Assembly (NCBI GenBank): GCA_029259745.1
Contig: JAJDEO010000013.1
Coordinates: forward strand, 1 to 64,000
Length of the DNA: 64,000 nucleotides
Direction: 5' to 3'
From: Planctomycetota bacterium
GTDB lineage: Bacteria > Planctomycetota > B15-G4
Position numbers and translations under genes: made by a program. This document shows, piece after piece, positions 46,559 through 54,500 of this stretch. Numbering within the stretch: position 1 is the first letter of the stretch; each line of letters opens with the position of its first letter. The notes below the pieces were generated by a model. It was not told the origin of the DNA, did not search any database, and worked only from the letters and a program-made list of their open reading frames with translations.

Positions 46559-48088
46559 ATGTCTCCATGCCTGTTGCTCACGCGCACGATCGGCGCGGTC
46601 GCGCTCCTCTCCGCGCTGCTCCACGCTCAGACCTGGCCGGTTGTCGCGCGGTCGGCCGATGGCTCCTTCGACGTCCGCATCGTCCCGGGCACGGGGCTCG
46701 TCGTCGAGCGTGACGGCGAGGTCGTCTTCCGCGATCCCGAAGGTGCATTTCCGCGCTTCGACGTCGACGGAACGCTGATCTTCGAAACGGCGTACGACGA
46801 CGGACACATGCTCTTCGGGCGCAAGACGTGGCGCTGGTCGCCGAGCACGGGCCAGTCGCGCAAGCTCGGCGATTCCGTCGCCATCCCGCCGTGGCGCCCC
46901 CTCGTCGGGAACGACGCCAGCGGCGACGGCGGAGATGTCCGACTCTGCATCGATCCCGGGCACGGCGGCAGCGACCCCGGCGCGGTCGGCAACGGCCTCC
47001 TCGAGAAGGACATCGTCCTCGACGTCGGCTTGCGTCTGCGCGATCTGCTCGACGCCGACACGGCGGACGCCTCGGGGGGCGGCGCGTGGGACGTCCTCAT
47101 GACGCGCGACACGGACGTCTTCATCTCGCTGCTCCAGCGCGTCACGCTCGCCAACACCTTCGGCGCCGACAGCTTCATCTCGATCCACGCCAACGGCTTC
47201 GGCGACCCGGCCGCCAACGGCACCGAGACCTTCGCGTTCGCCGAAGGCACGGTCGCGGCGTCTCTGCGCGACCGTATCCACGCGCGCATGATCGAGGCCT
47301 GGCAGCTGACCGATCGCGGCACGAAGACGGCCGGCTTCTACGTGCTCGTCAACACGGCGATGCCCGCGTCGCTCTCCGAGCTCGCCTTTGTCACGAACCC
47401 CGGTGATGCCCTCGTGCTCGGCAACCCCGCCGAGCGCCAGCAGGCCGCCCGCGCGCACCTCTTCGCCGCCCAGGAACATCACGGTTTCGCGCCCTACGAG
47501 CCCGGCGGCGGACCGACAGCCGGAACGCTCAAGGGGATTCTCTTCGACGCGAATGTCGGCACGTCCGCGCCGCTCGCGGGCGCACTCGTCGCCCTCGCCG
47601 ACGGCACCTTCACGACGACGACGAGCAACGGCCTCTACGAGTTCCCGCTTCCGGCCGGGACGTACTCCTTCGCGGCAACGGCAGCAGGCTTCGACGTCGG
47701 CACGGCGAGCGAAACCGTCACGAGCGGTGATGTCTGGGAGAGCCTCGGTCTCGCCACCCGTGTCGCGCCGACGCTCGCGACGACGGTCGTGGGTCACACG
47801 CTCACGCTCGCGGCCACGGGCGATCCGGCCACGCCGGTCTTCCTCGCCGCGGCGCTCTTTCCGCAGCTGCCCGCGCTTTCGCTCGGCAACAAGGGAACGC
47901 TGTGGGTCGACGTCGCGACCCTCGTGGTCGTGCCGCTCGGCAACGCGGGACCGACAGGCGTCGCCTCGACGATCGCGACGCTGCCGAGTCTCCCCGGCGC
48001 GACCGGCGTGCCCCTCCACCTGCAGGCCATCGCCGTGTCCGGCGGGAGTACGCAGCTCTCGAACGGCACGGCGTTTGCTCTTCCGTGA
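46559..48088 (+). CDS. N-acetylmuramoyl-L-alanine amidase (Amidase_3) + carboxypeptidase-regulatory-like domain + conserved CTD (CTD family member 5)
   Basis: Signal peptide. Amidase_3 motifs CIDPGHGGSDPGAVG, EKDIVLDV, ISIHANG and GFYVLVNTAMPASLSELAFVTNP. SNGLYEFPLPAGTYSF is a CarD-like beta-sandwich. C-terminus PALSLGNKGTLWVDVATLVVVPLGNAGP...LQAIAVSGGSTQLSNGTAFALP. Confidence 0.8.
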   Translation: MSPCLLLTRTIGAVALLSALLHAQTWPVVARSADGSFDVRIVPGTGLVVERDGEVVFRDPEGAFPRFDVDGTLIFETAYDDGHMLFGRKTWRWSPSTGQSRKLGDSVAIPPWRPLVGNDASGDGGDVRLCIDPGHGGSDPGAVGNGLLEKDIVLDVGLRLRDLLDADTADASGGGAWDVLMTRDTDVFISLLQRVTLANTFGADSFISIHANGFGDPAANGTETFAFAEGTVAASLRDRIHARMIEAWQLTDRGTKTAGFYVLVNTAMPASLSELAFVTNPGDALVLGNPAERQQAARAHLFAAQEHHGFAPYEPGGGPTAGTLKGILFDANVGTSAPLAGALVALADGTFTTTTSNGLYEFPLPAGTYSFAATAAGFDVGTASETVTSGDVWESLGLATRVAPTLATTVVGHTLTLAATGDPATPVFLAAALFPQLPALSLGNKGTLWVDVATLVVVPLGNAGPTGVASTIATLPSLPGATGVPLHLQAIAVSGGSTQLSNGTAFALP

Positions 48089-48119
48089 CGAGTTCAGACA
48101 CCTCGCACGGAGCACTCCC

Positions 48120-48515
48120 ATGCTGTCACTTCGCCCCGCCGTCACGGCCCTCGTCCTGCTCGCGCTGACGTCATGTTCCGCGACGCGTCTCTACGATGGC
48201 CCCGCGCGCCTCGAGCACGAGGTGGTTCGCATCAAGGGCATGAGCAACGCCGACCCGCTGTCGGGCTTCACCGGCACCTCCGTCTGCGCGATCGACGGAC
48301 GCGAACTCGAGGGATGCCCACGCCACGTCGAGTTCCTGCCCGGAACGCACGAGCTACGCCTCGAGAGGCGTCGCTACGGCCTGAACGCCGCGCAGGCGAC
48401 CGTCGTGCAAGACTTCGCGCCTGGCGAACGCCACGTCATCGGCATCAGCTACAGCGCCAATGACGGCATGAAGCCGGCGTTGATCATCACCGACATCGTG
48501 ACCGCAGACGGTTAG
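48120..48515 (+). CDS. hypothetical lipoprotein
   Basis: Lipobox LALTSCS. It lies 31 nt downstream of the amidase gene. Stop TAG 48513-48515 is immediately followed by MITE copy G. Confidence 0.5.
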   Translation: MLSLRPAVTALVLLALTSCSATRLYDGPARLEHEVVRIKGMSNADPLSGFTGTSVCAIDGRELEGCPRHVEFLPGTHELRLERRRYGLNAAQATVVQDFAPGERHVIGISYSANDGMKPALIITDIVTADG

Positions 48516-48600
48516 CCCGGGTGATTCATGGACATCGGCTGCGACCGAATCCGAATCCTACCTGGCAGCTCCTCACGACGATCGTCCGTGAACCATCCGC
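48516..48600 (-). repeat. MITE-like repeat, copy G (about 85 bp, internally deleted, reverse orientation)
   Basis: TAG|CCCGGGTGATTCATGGACATCGGCTGCGACCG ... CACGACGATCGTCCGTGAACCATCCG. It fills the gap between two convergent genes. Confidence 0.6.
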
Positions 48601-48613
48601 TGATTCTGGCGCG

Positions 48614-49240
48614 TCAGGCTCGCGGTTTGCCGAGCACCCAGGTCGTCATGCACCGCAGACCGGCAACGTTCGTCGTCTTGATCGGGTCGAGGAGTTCACC
48701 GCCGAGCCGACGTGAGTGACCGAGCAAGTCGTTCTCGTCGACGAGGTAGCGCTGCGAGCCATCGGGCAACTGGAACCAACCCGGTTGCGCCGGGACGACG
48801 TGGACGCGTTTCTCGATCCCGATGGACGACGCCAGGCGCGACCAGAACAGCCCGCCCTCGGCGAGCACGCGCCAGCACTCGTCGAGACACGCAACGAACA
48901 CGGCACGCGATGCACTGAAGTGCAGCACGGCATTGCAGATGACGACATCGAAGGCCCCGTCGTCGAACGGGAGCTGCTCGAGCGCCGCGACCTCGAAGCG
49001 TGCGTTCGGCCTGCCCGCGAAGCGCTCTCGAGCCTCGGCGACCGCCTCTTCGCTGCGGTCCACTCCCACGACATCGAAACCGGCCTGTGCGAGGTAGTCC
49101 AGGTTGCGGCCCGCGCCACAGCCTGCGTCGAGCACGCGCATCCCCGGGACGATCCGCCCGCGCAGGAGCTGATCGAAGAGATACACATCGATTGAACCGA
49201 AGAGGTCGCGCAGGCCCTCGGGCGGCAATGGTGTGGACAA
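48614..49240 (-). CDS. class I SAM-dependent methyltransferase
   Basis: Motif [17 protein letters not shown] and post-I DVVGVD. The start is uncertain: TTG 49240 (GGAG 6 nt upstream) is preferred over the GTG at 49339, whose N-terminus is not protein-like. Confidence 0.55.
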   Translation of the reverse strand: MSTPLPPEGLRDLFGSIDVYLFDQLLRGRIVPGMRVLDAGCGAGRNLDYLAQAGFDVVGVDRSEEAVAEARERFAGRPNARFEVAALEQLPFDDGAFDVVICNAVLHFSASRAVFVACLDECWRVLAEGGLFWSRLASSIGIEKRVHVVPAQPGWFQLPDGSQRYLVDENDLLGHSRRLGGELLDPIKTTNVAGLRCMTTWVLGKPRA

Positions 49241-49323
49241 TCGATGCTCCGTTCGCTCGAGAGGCGGACATGCGACACAGATGGCACATTTGCGTGGCAG
49301 CGGTCGACATGGTGCTGTGACGT

Positions 49324-49941
49324 GTGGCCGATGACCCACCGGGAGGAGAGAACATCGACGACCCCATCACGAAGAACGTCTTCATCGTCAAAGAGCACAT
49401 CGGGATGTTCAAGGCGGCAAACAACTTCGATATCTACGATCCGACTTCCGGCAAGATCGTGATGGAGTGCCGCGAGGAGTCCCTCGGCGTCTTCACGAAG
49501 TTCCTGCGCTTCACCGACTACAAGCGCATGACGCCCTTCGACATCCGCGTACGTACGGCGGATGGGCGGCAGGTCGTGCGCGTAACGCGCGGCGTGTCGT
49601 TCTTCCTCTCGAAGGTCGACGTCTTCGACGAGACCGACGCGTACATCGGCGGGTTCCGTCAAAAGTTCTTCTCGATCGGCGGACGCTTCACGATCCTCGA
49701 TCCCCACGAGCGTCCGGTCTGCGAGCTCAAGGGTAAGTGGACGGGCTGGGACTTCCGCTTCCTCGCCGGCACGAAGGAGCTCGCCCACGTGTCCAAGAGG
49801 TGGTCCGGCATGGGCAAGGAGATGTTCACGTCGGCGGACACGTACGTCCTCGAGATCGCCGACGACGTGGCGCCCGACGATGACGCACGCCCGCTGATCG
49901 TCGCGGCCGTGATGTGCATCGACATGGTTCTCAAGGAGTAG
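49324..49941 (+). CDS. scramblase/LURP-one-like (tubby-fold) family protein
   Basis: [23 protein letters not shown]...[17 protein letters not shown] matches the PF03803/DUF567-type fold. Only a GTG start is available in frame. Confidence 0.5.
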   Translation: MADDPPGGENIDDPITKNVFIVKEHIGMFKAANNFDIYDPTSGKIVMECREESLGVFTKFLRFTDYKRMTPFDIRVRTADGRQVVRVTRGVSFFLSKVDVFDETDAYIGGFRQKFFSIGGRFTILDPHERPVCELKGKWTGWDFRFLAGTKELAHVSKRWSGMGKEMFTSADTYVLEIADDVAPDDDARPLIVAAVMCIDMVLKE

Positions 49942-50177
49942 TCCCGCAAGGATGGTGCGCCGAACATCACGTGTCGGACCGCTGGACATCACGTGTACGG
50001 TCGGCGCCATTGCGCCGCGCACCGTCGCCCAGGGCAGCGAACTTTTCTCCCGCGCGTCCCGCGCTCGAAGCCAGCCCCTCCTGGCGACTATGGGCACCGT
50101 CACCCTGGTAGACTCCGGCCCGTTGTTTCCCCCCTGGACGTCAGCGCGGCGCTCCAGAAGCATCCCGAGGAGTTCAT

Positions 50178-51167
50178 TTGATGAAGGCATTCGCCGGCAT
50201 CGCCGCAGCCGTGGCTCTCGCCGCGTCCGTGATGACCTCGCCCGTGTATGCGAACGACTCGGCCGTCGGCTCGACCCCTCCCGAGATCGAAGCCGTGAGG
50301 TGGTACAACACGATGCCACTCACCTTCGAGCAGTTGCAGGGACGCGCCGTACTGGTCGAAGTCTTTCGCACTTGGTGCGGCGCTTGTAAGAACCAAATCC
50401 CCTCCCTCAACTCCAAAGCGGAAAAGGGTCGGAAGGAGGGTTTGGTGATCATCGGCGTGACCGATGAACCTGCGGAGGTGGTCGATCAGTTCGTGGCGAC
50501 GTACCAGCCCACGTATCCGATCGTGATCACGAAGGACAACAGCTTCGAGCGTCATCTCGGGGTAAAAAGCTTCCCCACCGCCGCGGTGATCGACACCAAG
50601 GGTGACATCTCTTGGCTCGGACACTTCGGTTTCGAAGGCGCGGTCAAGAACGCCCAGAAGGGCGCCGATCGGTCCCCGCTCTGGCCCGAGCCGTTTGCCA
50701 AGGCCGAGAAGAAGCTGAACGATCACGACATGGCTGGCGCGTACGCCGAAGTCAGCAAGACGATCGAGAAGAAGCCGCTCGACGACGAGGAGGCGGCATT
50801 CGGCGCGCGCGCGAAGACGTGGCTCGAGTCGGAAGCCTCCACGGCGTTCACGCGCGCGAAGGCTCTCGTCGCCGCGGGCAGCGTCTACATGGCGATGACC
50901 AAGCTCGAACCATACGTCGACGGTGATGCCCCGTTCCCCGAGCACCAGGAGATGGTGACCTTCCTCGAGGAGCAGCGCAGCCGGGACGGATTCAAGGACG
51001 AGATGAAGGCCGGCGGCATGCTCGTCGAAGCCAACGATCTCGCCCGGAACAAGCGCACGGTCAAGGACGCCATCGAGATGTTCGAAGAGATCGTGAGGAC
51101 GTACGCGGGGACGGCTGTCGCCGACGTCGCACTCAATCGTCTCGACGAACTCGAGAAGTACCGCTGA
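50178..51167 (+). CDS. secreted thioredoxin-like (TlpA/redoxin, WCGAC) protein with C-terminal helical/TPR-like domain
   Basis: Signal peptide MMKAFAGIAAAVALAASVMTSPVYA. Redox motif FRTWCGACKNQ. The helical C-terminal half is YbgF/TPR-like. GC is locally about 10 points lower, with AAA/GTA/TTT codons. Confidence 0.75.
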   Translation: MMKAFAGIAAAVALAASVMTSPVYANDSAVGSTPPEIEAVRWYNTMPLTFEQLQGRAVLVEVFRTWCGACKNQIPSLNSKAEKGRKEGLVIIGVTDEPAEVVDQFVATYQPTYPIVITKDNSFERHLGVKSFPTAAVIDTKGDISWLGHFGFEGAVKNAQKGADRSPLWPEPFAKAEKKLNDHDMAGAYAEVSKTIEKKPLDDEEAAFGARAKTWLESEASTAFTRAKALVAAGSVYMAMTKLEPYVDGDAPFPEHQEMVTFLEEQRSRDGFKDEMKAGGMLVEANDLARNKRTVKDAIEMFEEIVRTYAGTAVADVALNRLDELEKYR

Positions 51168-51189
51168 CTGACGAATAGTTGCACCAAGA

Positions 51190-51246
51190 GAGGCTTCGAA
51201 CCTCTCCGACGACCGCCCCGCGAAGCCTGCGCTTCGCGGGGCGGTC
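51190..51246 (+). terminator. tandem hairpins: GAGAGG-CTTCGAA-CCTCTC, then perfect 16-bp stem GACCGCCCCGCGAAGC-CTGC-GCTTCGCGGGGCGGTC
   Basis: Starts 23 nt after stop TGA 51165-51167 of the thioredoxin-like gene. Confidence 0.6.
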
Positions 51247-51325
51247 GTCGTTCGCGGGCATCCACTTCGCCGGTCCACCACATGGACGAATCGACATCGA
51301 CACATGCGTACACACCTGAACAGCG

Positions 51326-51448
51326 CGGGTTCATGCACGATCGTCGCGAGGTTGCGGCTGGGCCCGCTGCGCATCGGGAAACATCGCTGCCGCGCTGCGA
51401 GGGAGGATTCAGAGGCGACCGCAGCAGATCGCCCGTGAATAATCCGGG
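51326..51448 (+). repeat. MITE-like repeat, copy D (about 123 bp, central deletion)
   Basis: CGGGTTCATGCACGATCGTCGCGAGGTTGCGGCTGGGCC ... GGCGACCGCAGCAGATCGCCCGTGAATAATCCGGG. It ends 54 bp before the start of the giant CHAT gene. Confidence 0.65.
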
Positions 51449-51502
51449 TTAACGTGAGACGCCGCTGCCGCGACGGCAGCGAGATATCTTGGGGGCAAGA
51501 TC

Positions 51503-54500
51503 ATGGCCGAGTACACCGTCGTCGGGGAACGCACGCGCAACGCCGAAAGCGCACTGCGACTCGACGGAACGACCATCTCCGTGGCGCGCGGAGTGCGCAT
51601 GCTCGGCGCGACGCGCGCCGGCGCGCACGAGACGAAGATCGAGATCGGGAAAGACGATCTCATCGAGGTGGAGTTCGACAACGGCTTCGTCCTCTGGACG
51701 ACCATCGACCGCCTCGAGCACGACACGCGCCAGGGTGCGACGCGCGGCGCCGAGGGCACGCTCCCGACGCGCTATCCCACGCCGGACGATACCGGCGAGC
51801 GCGGCTTCGTCGGCAACGTCATCCGCGCCCTCAAAGTGCTCAACTACGACCTTCCGAAAGAGGGCGCGCGTGCGGTTGCCGCGAAGGTCGAAGGGCAACT
51901 GGCGGGCGAGGGATTCCTGCGCATCGCGCGCGACGGCAGTCTGACGCCCGAAGCCCCCGCTGCGGACAACGCCGACAAGCCGGTGCTTGTCCTCATCCAC
52001 GGCACGGCCTCGGCGACGGCGAACGCCTACTCGGGGCTCTTCGAGACGAACAACAAGCTCTGGCGCGAGCTGCACGACCACTACGAAGGCCGCGTCTTCG
52101 GCTTCGAACACCGAACGCTCACGCAGAGTCCGCTGCAGAACGCGGCAGACCTGCTCGACGCCCTCCCGGCGGACCTCGAGCTGCACCTCGTCACGCACAG
52201 CCGCGGTGGACTCGTCGGCGACCTGATCGCGCATGGCCAGGTGCAGGGCGACATCTTTGCGCCCGACGACATCGAGCGCGAACTCGCCCACGCCTTCGGC
52301 AAGGGATCCTCGGCGTTCACCGAGCAACGCAAGCTCTACCGCAAGTACCAGCGCGCCATCGCCGCCAAGCGTCCGCGCGTCACGCGCTTCGTGCGGGTCG
52401 GTTGTCCGGCAGCCGGCACGACGTTGGCTTCGGGGCGCCTCGACACGCTCTTCTCGATCCTCGTCAACCTCGCCAACGGCATCCCGGGAATCGGTCCGTT
52501 CGTCGCGGCTTTCGGTGAACTCGTCGCGGCCGTCGCCAAGGAGCGCACCCAGACTGACGCCCTGCCCGGCCTCGAAGCCCAGCGCCCCACCTCCGCGTTC
52601 ATCCGCCTGCTGAACAGCTCGCAGCACGTCCTCGAGAGCGACCTCACGGTGCTCGCCGGCGACTCGGACGGCTTCATCAAGAACCTCGCCAACCTCTTCT
52701 TCTGGAAAGCCAACGACCTCGTCGTCGACACCCGCTCGATGGCCGGTGGCGCGACCCGGCGCGAGTACCTCTGGCACCTCGAAGAGAACCGCCACGTCAC
52801 GCACGTGAACTACTTCCGTCGCTCCGAGACGGCCTCGCTCGTCCAGCGCGCACTTCTGCGCACGGACGCCGGAACGGCGGGCTACGAGCGACGCGCGCGG
52901 AACAGTGCGATGCGCGGCGAGGTCGACGAGGGCAAGCCCGACGAGAAGGTCGATCAGACGGGCGTGGTCTTGCTGCCCGGCATCATGGGCTCGCATCTGA
53001 GCGTCGAGGACGGCAACCGCCGCAACCGCATCTGGCTCGACAAGTCGGACATCATGATGGGACGCGGGAAGCTGCTCCGCACGGGAGCCGCGACGGTGCA
53101 TCCCGACGGTGTCCTTCAAAGCGCCTACGACGACATCCGCGACAACTTCGTCGGGCACGACCTGCACGTCATGCCCATGGCGTACGACTGGCGCATTTCG
53201 CTGACGCGCGCCGCCGACCAGCTCAACGCGCTCGTCCGGCAGCGGCTCGAGGCCTCATCGGAACCTCTGCACCTGCTGGCCCACTCGATGGGCGGTGTCG
53301 TCGCGAGCCTGTTCATCGCACGCCACGACGATACCTGGCAGCGACTGCGAGCCGGTGGCGGGCGGCTTGTCCAAGCCGGGACACCGAACCGCGGTTCGTA
53401 CGTCATCCCGCGCATCTTCCAGGGCACCGAGAAGATGCTGCGCATGCTTGCCGGCCTCGACTTTCGTGCCGACACGAAGCAGTGGGCGACGTGGGCCACC
53501 GGCTGGCAAGGGGTGCTGGAACTCACGCCGCAGTTCGACGACCTCGACTTCTCGAAGACGCAAACGTGGAAGGACTTCGCGCCGCTTGCGCATCCGAGCG
53601 AAGCGCAGCTCCGCAGAGCTGGCAACATCTGGGAGATCTTGCACGAGCAGACGAAGAAGCTCGCCGATGAAGACGTTCTCTACGTCGCCGGCGGCCCCAC
53701 CGAGACGCCGATCTACGACCCGACCGCCGTGAGTGACGACAAGAGCGGCGCGCACCATGTCATCCGCTGGACCGAGCGCGGCGACGGCCGTGTCACCTGG
53801 GACTCGGGGATCCCGCCGCGTACTCGCACCTGGTACATCCCCGTCAAGCACGGCAGCTTGCTCAACGAGAGGCAGGCCTTCGACGGCCTCCGCGAGCTCG
53901 TCACCACGGGCGCGACGGACAAGCTCGCCAGCGAACCGCCACCGGCCTCGACGATGCTGCGGTCGGGCACCGAAGACGTCCCGGTGCTCGCCGACGACGA
54001 GCACATGCCGTTCATTCCGTCGGACGAGCAACTCGAGGCCGCTGCTCTCGATGCCGAGGACCCGACCGAACGCCGCGCGCGTCGTCGCCGCGACACGCCG
54101 CCCGTCACACTCTCGGTCGTGCACGGCGACCTGCGCTTCTCACGCCACCCGATCATGGCGGGCCACTACGCCGGCGACCCGATCGTGCACGCCGAAGCCG
54201 CACTCGACCGCTGCCTCGACGGGGCACTCCGCACGCAGCACCAGCTCGGCCTCTATCCCGGCGCGACGGGAACGGCCGAGATCCTCCTGAGCCCGCGAAG
54301 CGCTTTGCGCTCAGACCTGGCCGGACCGAGTGGCGCGATCATCCTCGGCCTCGGAAACGTCGGCGAGCTGACGCCAGGCGCCCTCACACGTTCGATCGAG
54401 GCGGGGCTGCTGCGCTTTGCACAGGCCGCCTGCGACCGTCCCCATTCTGCCGCGGGCCTGACCGTGTCGACGCTCCTGGTCGGGAGTGGCGAGGCCGGAC

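Noticed and set aside
14695-48088. Interpretation of the shared C-terminal domain as a Bacteroidota-type T9SS CTD, PEP-CTERM or MYXO-CTERM
   Set aside because: No YPNP or GVY motifs or Lys-rich terminus (T9SS). No PEP motif plus TM plus basic tail (PEP-CTERM). No Cys-containing TM anchor (MYXO-CTERM). The domain ends in small/polar residues without any hydrophobic helix. I therefore treat it as a distinct, possibly undescribed, family.
45728-48145. 805-aa ORF on the '-' strand spanning the FMN reductase and running antisense through the amidase gene
   Set aside because: Only the last 191 codons (45728..46303) are protein-like, as an FMN reductase with its own RBS and ATG. The rest is R/G/E-rich antisense read-through typical of 70% GC DNA and overlaps a well-supported '+' strand amidase gene.
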